A stretch of DNA of 24,000 bases from positions 20,211-44,210 of the forward strand of contig JABHSE010000004.1 of the NCBI GenBank assembly GCA_018697035.1. The letters are read 5' to 3'. The notes below the pieces were generated by a model. The model saw nothing but the letters and a program-made list of their open reading frames with translations. It ran no database searches and was not told where the DNA came from. Positions within the stretch are counted from its first letter, which is position 1, and each line of letters starts with the position of its first letter. This document shows, one piece after another, positions 1 through 8,060 of the stretch. The DNA comes from an archaeon. Lineage in GTDB: Archaea > Nanobdellota > Nanobdellia > Pacearchaeales > GW2011-AR1. Made by a program: the position numbers and the translations under genes.

Positions 1-680
1 GTATTGTATTCGGCTTCACCTTCTGAAGTAATTTCGGCTGCTTTCTGATTACGTTCAGCAGACATCCTACCATAAACCGCTGTCCGAACCGCTTCAATAT
101 AATTGACCCGCTTGATTTCAAACCCAATCAGTTCTATACCAAACTCCGCAACCTTAATCTGCGCAGCCGCGAGAATCTTATTAACTACCCCTTCTCGGCC
201 CAATTCAACATCATTAAAGTCTCCAGTTTCACTGAGTTTCCTGTTGGTGCTCCTTACAATATTCGCCAAGCTGGCCTGTTGGACAGCATTCCTGGTAGCC
301 GGGTCAACAATGTCATCAAGCCGACTTAATGCTTCATCCCGAGTTCCAACAACAGTATAATATTTTTTAAGGTCAGCGATGCGCCATCTGGCAAATGTAT
401 CAACATGGATATATTTTTTATCAGCAGTAATCATTTGACCACTCTGTCCATCCCACTCAAGAATTTGTTTCGAGAAGGGTTTGGCGGTATTTAAAAAAGG
501 AGTTTTCCAATGCAAACCAGCATCATTTTTCTCACCGTACTCATTCACCACATCTACCAGTTTACTGAAGCGTGTTATGACCATCTGTTCCGTTTCATGG
601 ACAGTATACAATCCAGAAAACAATATCCCCACGACCAAAACAAAGACAAGGACAGTAACAACAGCAATAGTTTTTTTCAT
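1..680 (-). CDS. hflC: HflC-like SPFH/band-7 membrane protein; the 3' end is cut by the window edge
   Basis: Absent from the ORF track because it runs off the window. Reverse-strand ATG at 680-678, with GGAGG (plus 687-691) 6 nt upstream. My translation is MKKTIAVVTVLVFVLVVGILFSGLYTVHETEQMVITRFSKLVDVVNEYGEKNDAGLHWKTPF..., an N-terminal TM helix followed by an SPFH-type core. It sits directly downstream of the hflK-like gene, the classical hflK-hflC order. Confidence 0.8.
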   Translation of the reverse strand, partial: MKKTIAVVTVLVFVLVVGILFSGLYTVHETEQMVITRFSKLVDVVNEYGEKNDAGLHWKTPFLNTAKPFSKQILEWDGQSGQMITADKKYIHVDTFARWRIADLKKYYTVVGTRDEALSRLDDIVDPATRNAVQQASLANIVRSTNRKLSETGDFNDVELGREGVVNKILAAAQIKVAEFGIELIGFEIKRVNYIEAVRTAVYGRMSAERNQKAAEITSEGEAEYN

Positions 681-690
681 AGCAATCCTC

Positions 691-1665
691 CTATTTATTC
701 ACGTTAAGTAAGGGTAAGAGACTGTCAAGATTACCGTCTAATATTTTGATACTCTTGGCATTCAGGGCAACGATATCCATTGTCTCATAGTATAGCCGCT
801 GTAATGTAATCTCAGAGGCCTCCAGATACTTAGCATATAACAAGTTGAATTCAACAACATCACCATTCGCCTTATTGACTTTTGCGATTGCATAACCATT
901 TGCTCTTTCAATGGTTGCCTTAGCTTGTCCGGCAGCATTTGGAATAACATCATTATATTCTTTCTGGGCCTGAAAAATACGTTTTTGCTTTGCCTGATCC
1001 GCAATATTGACTGCATTAAAAGACTCTCTCACGGGACCAGGAACATCTGTTTTTTGCATTTCAATTGTGACAATTTGAATCCCGGATTCTGCCTTATTAA
1101 GATCGGCTTGAAGAATTGGGATACCTTCTGCAGCAATTTGCTCCCTTTCCGCAATAATCTCTACAACAGACCGATCTCCGACAATGGCCCTGATAACCTT
1201 TATCGAGGTATCACGTAGTAATTCAAGAGGCTTTTCAACATTGAATAAAAATGCCTTTGGATCTTTGATTTTAAACTGTACCAGCCATGGGGCTACGACA
1301 ACATTCAAGTCGCCAGTCAGCATGAGGGCAGTGCTACCGGTCCCATAGGCTTCTTCTTTAACCGTGGCAGCATTTTGTCCCTTTTTCCTGGATGTGCTAA
1401 AACCGAATTCCGCCTGAAAGACTTTCTTGGTTTTAACTTCTTTCAACTGTTCAATGTATGGTATCTTGAAACCCAGACCAGGATTAACAGTTCGGTTATA
1501 TTTACCGTATCTGGTGATAACACCCTGGGAATCCTGTGCAATGGTAAATGCGCCATTGTATGCAGTAACACCAGCAATCAATACAATAATAACAACAAAT
1601 CCTATTGTAAAATTCTTGCCCGTAATACCAAAATCATCCATAAATTCCTTAATCTTTTCCCACAT
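691..1665 (-). CDS. hflK: HflK-like SPFH/band-7 membrane protein
   Basis: ORF 691..1812 trimmed to the ATG at 1665 (MWEKIKEF...), which has GGAGG (plus 1673-1677) 7 nt upstream. It has an N-terminal TM segment, then GVITRYGKYNRTVNPGLGFKIPYIE and a long SPFH/coiled-coil region typical of HflK. Confidence 0.8.
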   Translation of the reverse strand: MWEKIKEFMDDFGITGKNFTIGFVVIIVLIAGVTAYNGAFTIAQDSQGVITRYGKYNRTVNPGLGFKIPYIEQLKEVKTKKVFQAEFGFSTSRKKGQNAATVKEEAYGTGSTALMLTGDLNVVVAPWLVQFKIKDPKAFLFNVEKPLELLRDTSIKVIRAIVGDRSVVEIIAEREQIAAEGIPILQADLNKAESGIQIVTIEMQKTDVPGPVRESFNAVNIADQAKQKRIFQAQKEYNDVIPNAAGQAKATIERANGYAIAKVNKANGDVVEFNLLYAKYLEASEITLQRLYYETMDIVALNAKSIKILDGNLDSLLPLLNVNK

Positions 1666-1735
1666 AGTTCTTCCTCCAATAAAAATTAAATTAATTAAAA
1701 AACAAAACTTCCTTCTTCCAAATCCTCCTTCCAAT

Positions 1736-1846
1736 TTAAATTCTAAGTAAATAAGCAATCCCTTTTCCAATAATACAAAGAGCAAATGCGGTAATACTAG
1801 CCATCGCAACAAGCTCTAAAAAACAAGTTCCAACCTTTTTCGCCAT
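1736..1846 (-). CDS. Small (36 aa) single-TM protein upstream of hflK
   Basis: Not in the ORF track. ATG at 1846 with AGGAGG (plus 1853-1858) 6 nt upstream. Translation is MAKKVGTCFLELVAMASITAFALCIIGKGIAYLLRI*. Support comes only from the SD, the hydrophobic core and the operon position. Confidence 0.35.
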   Translation of the reverse strand: MAKKVGTCFLELVAMASITAFALCIIGKGIAYLLRI

Positions 1847-2147
1847 CACATACCTCCTATCTTCGGCTAAAAGTCAGCAGAAAGTCCCACCTACGATCGA
1901 AACCAAAAGTCCAAATATATCAAAGCATTACGCTTCAACAACCTATTCCACTCGTTCAAACACCAAAGGGTATTCCAACAAACAAAATATGAACTACTAT
2001 GCACAATCTTTGGAAGTCGACATCGTTAGATGAGTTATTTCTGTATTCTTTATTTGTGTGTGTGCTGTTATATATGTTATAAAAAATCAAACAATTCCCC
2101 TTTAAAAATCTTTACAATTGTAGCAATTTTCTAGTGATAACAATAAA

Positions 2148-2501
2148 TCACTTCCCCAAAAACCTATCACAAAAATACCCAACCAAACTCTCACAATCAT
2201 ACCTCACATCCCCACCAATCTCCGCTTGCAGCCAATCAAAATAATCCCCACTCTCTTCATCATACGCAATATATTCAACAGCCGAACTCCGAACAACCCT
2301 ATCGGTTTCCCAGCAAAAATACATAGGAAAAGAATATTTCCCACCCTCATAAGTCGCCATACTCAAATCAACAACACTATCGGGAAACTCAGTCGACAAC
2401 TCATGAACCATACCCAAAACCTCCCTAACCTGATCCGGCATCTCAACATCAACCTTCCCCTCAATAACATCAACCAACATCTCAATTCCCTTGACCTTCA
2501 T
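2148..2501 (-). CDS. Hypothetical acidic protein (117 aa), third gene of the DUF1963-led operon
   Basis: ORF from the track. Its ATG overlaps the upstream stop codon (ATGA at 2498-2501). Composition matches neighbouring native genes. I recognise no motif. Confidence 0.6.
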   Translation of the reverse strand: MKVKGIEMLVDVIEGKVDVEMPDQVREVLGMVHELSTEFPDSVVDLSMATYEGGKYSFPMYFCWETDRVVRSSAVEYIAYDEESGDYFDWLQAEIGGDVRYDCESLVGYFCDRFLGK

Positions 2502-3007
2502 CTCCTATTCAACCTCCCCCAAACCGCCTCAAGCTCAACCGGAACCTCATCCGGAAAAAAACCATAAAACGAAGAAGACAAAGTAGGGAAAGAATCCACA
2601 GTTCGAATCTTAATCCACTCACACAATCTATTTTTTATTTCTCCCTCAAAACTAAATTTCTCATCCAAAAAAAATTGATAATTGGCCTCCCTCACAAAAA
2701 CATCCTCACTTCCCCGTCCCATAGTCAAAGTCTGTATCTCATCCACCACAGACGAACCAGCAAGCCCAGTCTCCTCTCTCACAATACTATCTATCTCCTG
2801 AATACTCTTCACCGGCTTAACTTTCCCAAAAGAAAAAAATCCACCCTTCCTCTCATCAACCTTAATAGAATAGTCATGAAAAGTAGTATAGGTAGAAACA
2901 GAATTACTAACCCCCAAACGATACTTCTCCAAAGAAACGCCCTCAATACTATTCAAAACATCCCCAACCTTTCCATAAACTTTAATTCTTTCTTGTAAAA
3001 TATTCAT
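2498..3007 (-). CDS. Hypothetical protein (169 aa), second gene of the DUF1963-led operon
   Basis: ORF from the track. GAGGT lies about 10 nt upstream of the ATG at 3007, and the gene is translationally coupled to the downstream gene. I recognise no motif. Confidence 0.6.
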   Translation of the reverse strand: MNILQERIKVYGKVGDVLNSIEGVSLEKYRLGVSNSVSTYTTFHDYSIKVDERKGGFFSFGKVKPVKSIQEIDSIVREETGLAGSSVVDEIQTLTMGRGSEDVFVREANYQFFLDEKFSFEGEIKNRLCEWIKIRTVDSFPTLSSSFYGFFPDEVPVELEAVWGRLNRR

Positions 3008-3042
3008 TTCAATTTAACCTCATAATCTCGACCCATTCTCCC

Positions 3043-4185
3043 CTAAGTACAAGACCCATCAGTCTTGCAATAAACCTGATTACTCTCCTGCCCCAAACAC
3101 TTCAAGCAACCATCAACTTGATAAGTAAAATCGTGATCACGATCAGTCCAATTAACAATCGGTCCCATTCTATGTAAACCATGATAAGTATTCTGACAAG
3201 CAAACCTTCTATTACCCTGCTGACTCTCAGGCTTCCCAAAAAATTGATAATCTCCTTCCCTTCCAAAAATCTCCGGATGATCCTCCTCCACATCATACAT
3301 CCAATCCTCCCCATAATCCTCCCCAGGAATATCCAAATCAAACTTAAGCGCCACTCCCTCCAAGCTCCGAATAGAAATATTAGATTCAATCCCATTATCT
3401 TTAACAAACTGAGAAACAACATCTCTATACTCTTCAACATTCATCACCTTACCTTTATCCCCCTCATATCTCTGCTCTGCATGTATCATCGAATCAAAAG
3501 CCGGACTATCAAAATGAGGCTCATTACAATAAAACATCTGAAAAAATGGCCTATGCGCAGAGCTATCACTACATATAGTCCTACCAAATCCAACTCCACT
3601 ATACTGACTAGATTTAAGATCCAAACTAGTAACTTTAGGCCCACTATCCATACCACCCCCAGTCATAACATGAATAGGAATTAACCAATCACTTAAATCG
3701 ACACCACCCAAAAAATTCATATGTTCGTTACATCCCCCACACTTAGGCCATAAATTAGAAACAACCTCCAAAGGCGTCTTTCCCCCAGAATGCTGAAATC
3801 TATAAGTATACCTAAAATCCGGAACACCTCCAAATTTAGATCCCTCAATAGGATCCACATCCAAAGCTCCAGAAAGGTTAGTATCAAGACGATAAGCCAA
3901 AGGATAAATCCCTTCTCCATTAACTTCTCTCAAAATCCCTTGCGCCAAATCCCACTGCTTCACCCACTCTCTAGAATTCGCCTCAAGTGCCTCAGCTCTA
4001 TTTTCTCCAATCTTCGCAAGAAGTTCTTTCTTAATTTTTTCAGGATATCCATCACGAATAAAACGCGCCTCATTAAAATCAGTCTCACTAAAATCTAAAG
4101 GCCCTCTCCGAATATGCCTAACTATATGAGGATTCCATTCATCCAAAACTGTTTTTTGAGGAAAAGTAAATTTATCCTGATTCAT
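3043..4185 (-). CDS. DUF1963 / YwqG-like protein
   Basis: ORF 3043..4257 begins with TTG. I prefer the ATG at 4185 (MNQDKFTF...) because a TATA-like 'tttttaaattg' box lies about 30 nt upstream. Motifs: SKFGGVPDF...LWPKCGGCNEHMNFLGGVDL near the middle and YQFFGKPESQQG near the C-terminus. These resemble the G-G-x-P ... W-P-x-C-x-x-C ... and second G-x-P-x-x-x-Q signatures of the YwqG family. Confidence 0.6.
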   Translation of the reverse strand: MNQDKFTFPQKTVLDEWNPHIVRHIRRGPLDFSETDFNEARFIRDGYPEKIKKELLAKIGENRAEALEANSREWVKQWDLAQGILREVNGEGIYPLAYRLDTNLSGALDVDPIEGSKFGGVPDFRYTYRFQHSGGKTPLEVVSNLWPKCGGCNEHMNFLGGVDLSDWLIPIHVMTGGGMDSGPKVTSLDLKSSQYSGVGFGRTICSDSSAHRPFFQMFYCNEPHFDSPAFDSMIHAEQRYEGDKGKVMNVEEYRDVVSQFVKDNGIESNISIRSLEGVALKFDLDIPGEDYGEDWMYDVEEDHPEIFGREGDYQFFGKPESQQGNRRFACQNTYHGLHRMGPIVNWTDRDHDFTYQVDGCLKCLGQESNQVYCKTDGSCT

Positions 4186-4313
4186 TCTAGGTTTCCAAGA
4201 ATATAACAATTTAAAAACGTTTGCTAAAGTAGTAATTCCAAAGTAATAACAACTCAACTATCTTTCTCATGAAATATAATAGTAAACCATACTCATAAAA
4301 TTTATATTCTTAC

Positions 4314-4559
4314 CTACCGCTGATCCTTCCGAAACTTAATAACAGTCAAAACATATCCAACCAACTTAAATCCATACTTACTCCCCAAAGCATCAACCAA
4401 ATCCTCACCAATCTTCTTCGCCTCACCCTTATCCCGACAAGCCGACTTCAAAATCGAAATCTTAACCATCCCCTCATTCTCAAAAACACTCCTAACCTGC
4501 TCAACAAATGCATCGCTAAGTCCCGCCTTCCCCATCTGCAACTGCCTAATTGGTTTCAT
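4314..4559 (-). CDS. YhbY/CRS1 (CRM-domain) RNA-binding protein
   Basis: 81 aa. KPIRQLQMGKAGLSDAFVEQV...MVKISIL matches the LKPvvqiGKnGlT...liKvkvl pattern of the YhbY family. Confidence 0.75.
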   Translation of the reverse strand: MKPIRQLQMGKAGLSDAFVEQVRSVFENEGMVKISILKSACRDKGEAKKIGEDLVDALGSKYGFKLVGYVLTVIKFRKDQR

Positions 4560-4929
4560 TCAACATCTCCTCAAATTTCAAAATATCAGCCTTCTTAACC
4601 TTAACCCTCTCCTGCTTCTTAACTCCCCAAGTCCCACTCTTCATCTTCCTATCCTTCTCCATATCACACCGCCTAAAAACATTAACCGAAACATCCCGCT
4701 TCGAATCCCGCCAGTCCTGAGAAAACTTAGCACAAAAAACCGCAGCCTCTTTCAAGTCAACCTTAGAAGCAGAGTCTCCAATATTAACAAACGGACTCCC
4801 AGGCGCAGACGTATGAAGCATCACATCATTAGGCCCAGCTTCAAGAACCAATTTATCATTATTCTCAGCATCCCGCCCACCAAAAACCGTCTTTCCACTA
4901 CCCACAACAAACTCCCGAAAATTAACCAT
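4546..4929 (-). CDS. NFACT-R / DUF814 domain protein (RqcH/Tae2 C-terminal-like)
   Basis: 127 aa. FGGRDAENNDKLVLEAGPNDVMLHTSAPGSPFVNI matches the GRna-eN-eL ... lHa ... GS signature of DUF814. It overlaps the YhbY gene by 14 nt. Confidence 0.7.
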   Translation of the reverse strand: MVNFREFVVGSGKTVFGGRDAENNDKLVLEAGPNDVMLHTSAPGSPFVNIGDSASKVDLKEAAVFCAKFSQDWRDSKRDVSVNVFRRCDMEKDRKMKSGTWGVKKQERVKVKKADILKFEEMLNETN

Positions 4930-4978
4930 AACAAACCAACCAATCCTAACTTTAAAAATTTAACACTATAACATAGAC

Positions 4979-4991
4979 AATATTTAAAAAC
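4979..4991 (+). promoter_or_regulatory. TATA-like box for the 5012 gene
   Basis: 'atatttaaaaac' is centred about 27 nt upstream of the ATG at 5012. The same spacing recurs at most unit-leading genes in the window. Confidence 0.5.
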
Positions 4992-5011
4992 AATATTCAA
5001 CTCCCTAAGAC

Positions 5012-6472
5012 ATGAAAAAAGAGGCATTAATCCTGACCCTGTCGATAACATTCTCACTATTCCTATCCCTCGCCTCCGCATCAATGATAACAATCCAAGA
5101 CGACAAAAGCCTCAACGAAGGAGACACTTGGTACGTCGGAGAAGGATATAGTATCAAAATAACAAGTATAGACACAACCGCACAAATCAGCTTCAGCCTA
5201 GACGGAAACGAACTAGAAAGCCAAACCCTATCACAAGGAGAATTCTACACCTACTCAAACGTCTTCAACACAACCATAGAATCAATATCAGCAGGAAGCG
5301 TATCACTCAAAAACTCCTCAATGAACTCAGACACAATAGGAGCAACAGTTCCCTCCATGACAAAAATACAAAGTGCGGGAATATCAGGGAGCACACTAAC
5401 AGAAGGACAAATCTGGTACGTCAGCGGAGGATACAGTGTATACGCCAACGACATAGACATGGACTCGAACCCAAAATCAGCACAAATCATCCTACTAAAA
5501 GATTGCACACAAGTCAAAGAAGAACTAGTAAACGAGGGCGAAAATATAGATTACAACGGAGAATTCATTGCAAAAGTAAATACGCTGTCAGGAACAACCG
5601 AAAAAACAATAAAATTCTCAGACACATCCCTCTCTCCCTCTTTCTCAGTGCATAGCACAGGGTATCAAACTTGCGTAATCACCTGCACAGAAGATTGGAG
5701 CTGCGAAACTTGGACCGAATGCTCGTCCGAACAACAAACAAGAGAATGCACAGATTCAAACACATGCGGGACAACCAACACTAAACCAGAAGTAACTCAG
5801 GCATGCACTTCCACTCCCATCGCAACATGTACCGAAGATTGGAATTGTACAGAATGGACTGAATGTATAAATAACGAACAAACAAAAGAATGCACGGACT
5901 CAAATTCCTGCGGAACAACAGACAGTAGGCCAGAAGTAACTCAAGCCTGTAATTATGAAACAGATATACCAGCCCCAGAAGGAGAGGTCTATCCTGAAAA
6001 TCAATTAGCAGATACAACTCTACAACAGAATACAACAAGCCAGAATACTCCGATGAAAGAAAAAATCACTTCCCAAATATTCGAAGTAACAATTCAAGAT
6101 GAAAAAATATCCCTAGAGAAATTCTCAAATGGAGTAAACGTAATAAACACAAGTCTCAACTACATAAAAACACCACTGAACATCATAATGAAATCATCAA
6201 AGCTCTATGTGAACTTATCAGGAGAAGAGATAGAAATGAAAATTTCCCCAGAGCAAGCGGTTGAAAATTCTCTTATATTAGGAAACATAGAAAACGTGGG
6301 AATTACAAAACACAATAAAAGAGCAGTCTATTCGGTCACTGGAACAGAGAAAGTAAAACTATTCTTTATCTTCCCAGTCCTATCCGGAATCGAGGCAAAA
6401 GTAGATATCGAAACAGGAGAAATTCTTAAAGTAGAAAGATCATGGTGGCACTTTCTAACATCCAGTATCTAA
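5012..6472 (+). CDS. Secreted or surface protein with two N-terminal beta-rich repeats, two Cys-rich repeats and a C-terminal globular domain
   Basis: Signal-peptide-like N-terminus (MKKEALILTLSITFSLFLSLASA). Two homologous modules of about 100 aa contain EGDTWYVGEGYSI and EGQIWYVSGGYSV. Two 6-Cys repeats of about 41 aa follow (CTEDW-C-(E/T)W-TEC...Q-(T)-(R/K)ECTDSN-CGTT...PEVTQAC). The protein is rich in Thr, Ser and Asn. Confidence 0.8.
   Translation: MKKEALILTLSITFSLFLSLASASMITIQDDKSLNEGDTWYVGEGYSIKITSIDTTAQISFSLDGNELESQTLSQGEFYTYSNVFNTTIESISAGSVSLKNSSMNSDTIGATVPSMTKIQSAGISGSTLTEGQIWYVSGGYSVYANDIDMDSNPKSAQIILLKDCTQVKEELVNEGENIDYNGEFIAKVNTLSGTTEKTIKFSDTSLSPSFSVHSTGYQTCVITCTEDWSCETWTECSSEQQTRECTDSNTCGTTNTKPEVTQACTSTPIATCTEDWNCTEWTECINNEQTKECTDSNSCGTTDSRPEVTQACNYETDIPAPEGEVYPENQLADTTLQQNTTSQNTPMKEKITSQIFEVTIQDEKISLEKFSNGVNVINTSLNYIKTPLNIIMKSSKLYVNLSGEEIEMKISPEQAVENSLILGNIENVGITKHNKRAVYSVTGTEKVKLFFIFPVLSGIEAKVDIETGEILKVERSWWHFLTSSI
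5684..5950 (+). repeat. In-gene tandem duplication (period 144 nt) encoding the Cys-rich repeat
   Basis: The repeat units start at 5684 (tgcacagaagattggagctgc...) and 5828 (tgtaccgaagattggaattgt...). Both end in ccagaagtaactca(g/a)gc(a/c)tg. Confidence 0.85.
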
Positions 6473-6488
6473 TAAAAAAATTCAACAT

Positions 6489-6803
6489 TTAAAGATTTAA
6501 TCGCTCTTCATGTTTCTTCAAGGCATAAGTAGCAATGGACATATAAAAACCAAGCCCGCAAGGAGAACCCTCTCCACGAGATACCCCAGCAAATCTAGAG
6601 AAATCATTATCATTATCAGCATAATTAGACAATTGAAGAATGGCAGCCTGTTCTTCAGGAGATAACTCAGATTTCACTCTTAAAGAAATGTCTTTCCACC
6701 CATCACGATTCTCCACAACACCAGAAACACTCCTGGCGACAACATCATAAAAATTCTTAAGCTCAATTCCAAGAACATCAAAAGGATTACTTTCGGCAGT
6801 CAT
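6489..6803 (-). CDS. Hypothetical protein (104 aa)
   Basis: ORF from the track. Its ATG at 6803 directly abuts the FKBP stop codon (TAAATG). No motif recognised. Confidence 0.55.
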   Translation of the reverse strand: MTAESNPFDVLGIELKNFYDVVARSVSGVVENRDGWKDISLRVKSELSPEEQAAILQLSNYADNDNDFSRFAGVSRGEGSPCGLGFYMSIATYALKKHEERLNL

Positions 6804-7226
6804 TTACAGAACCTCAACAATCTTAATCCAAAACACAAGTGTCTTTCCAGCCATAGGATGATTCATATCAATAGTAGCTTCTTTTTCATCAATTTTGGTA
6901 ATCTTAGCCGGAATCTGTTGCCCATTAGGTAAAGGCACTCCGATCATCATTCCTTCCTTCGCCTCAGTCGGAAACTTATCCCTAGGCACCTTCTGCACAG
7001 CCCTCTCGTCAGGCATCCCATAAGCCTCCTCGGGTTTCAAGGTAAAAGTCTTCTCCTCGCCAACATCCATCCCAATCACAGCAGCATCAAACCCAGGAAC
7101 AACCATACCAGCACCAGCCTCAAACTCCAACGGCTGCCCATGCTTCTCACTCGCATCAAAAACCTCACCGTCCTCAAAACTACCCCTATACTCAACCTTA
7201 ATCTTACTACCTTTTTCAACTACCAT
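6804..7226 (-). CDS. FKBP-type peptidyl-prolyl cis-trans isomerase (SlyD-like, with insert-in-flap region)
   Basis: ORF trimmed to the ATG at 7226 (MVVEKGSKIKVEYRGSFEDGEVFD...). A TATA-like 'acttataagg' box is centred about 27 nt upstream. VPGFDAAVIGMDVGEEKTFTLKPEEAYG and HPMAGKTLVFWIKIVEV are typical of archaeal and bacterial short FKBPs. Confidence 0.85.
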   Translation of the reverse strand: MVVEKGSKIKVEYRGSFEDGEVFDASEKHGQPLEFEAGAGMVVPGFDAAVIGMDVGEEKTFTLKPEEAYGMPDERAVQKVPRDKFPTEAKEGMMIGVPLPNGQQIPAKITKIDEKEATIDMNHPMAGKTLVFWIKIVEVL

Positions 7227-7387
7227 ACAAAACCCTGGAAATTTTCCCTTATAAGTTTTTCTACTTTCAAAAATATAATACAAAACAATTTCAATTCTTA
7301 AACGATTTAGACAAGGCGAAAAGTTGTGAAGCGTACAGGCGTACGTAAGCGTTTTTTTAACGAAGTATAAACCATTAAGAATTTAAA

Positions 7388-8011
7388 TTAAAAATCATCA
7401 TCAGTGCCATCTTCCTTAGCCTTCTTCGCAATCTCCTTAATCCTCTTAAGAGCAGCCCTAACGTTCTTATTCAACTGAATCATAGAGTCATCCAACTGCG
7501 CCTTATTCTTAGTCCCAGTACAAACCAACTTCCCATTACTAAACAATAAAAACGTAGCAGTAGGCGCCTCCAACTTGTAAACCAAACCAGGAAACTGCTC
7601 CGGTTCATATTCAGTATTCTCCAACTCCAAAGACAAAGTATTCAAATTCAAATCCAAATCAATGGCACCCGAAGCAACAATATTCTGCACCGTAATCTTC
7701 GGCTTAATCGTAACCTTAACCCCAATCTTCCTCAGCTGTTTAATAACTTGACCAACAACATCCCTAACCTGCGAAACAGACTTGGTCCCAGTACAAACCA
7801 AATTCCCTGAACTAAATACTAACACAGCCGACTTAGGCTCCTTAACTCTCAAGACAAGCCCAGGAAAAGTATCAGGATTATATTCAGTATTAGGCTGAGT
7901 CCGAGCAAGTTTAGTCAAACTAACTTCCTTTTCTAATGATGTCGTAGCTACAATATTCTGCACCTTCAACTTCGTATCCTTCCGAGAAACAACTTTTTTC
8001 GCTACTACCAT
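7388..8011 (-). CDS. tbp: TATA-box binding protein
   Basis: Two internal repeats: VQNIVAT...FPGLVLRV...LVCTGTKS and VQNIVASG...FPGLVYKL...LVCTGTKN. Acidic C-terminal tail. Confidence 0.95.
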   Translation of the reverse strand: MVVAKKVVSRKDTKLKVQNIVATTSLEKEVSLTKLARTQPNTEYNPDTFPGLVLRVKEPKSAVLVFSSGNLVCTGTKSVSQVRDVVGQVIKQLRKIGVKVTIKPKITVQNIVASGAIDLDLNLNTLSLELENTEYEPEQFPGLVYKLEAPTATFLLFSNGKLVCTGTKNKAQLDDSMIQLNKNVRAALKRIKEIAKKAKEDGTDDDF

Positions 8012-8060
8012 ATAACACTATAATTATTTTCTTTTATAAAGGCTTTGATATACTCGAAAA

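Noticed and set aside
103-711. Plus-strand ORFs 103-360, 481-711 and 510-707 from the track
   Set aside because: They are antisense to, or overlap, the well-supported partial hflC gene and its start region. Their translations have no motifs.
2055-2064. A (TG)5 microsatellite in the hflK-upstream spacer
   Set aside because: It is too short and isolated to mean anything. It is noted only as a possible landmark of the junction between the foreign-looking and native DNA.
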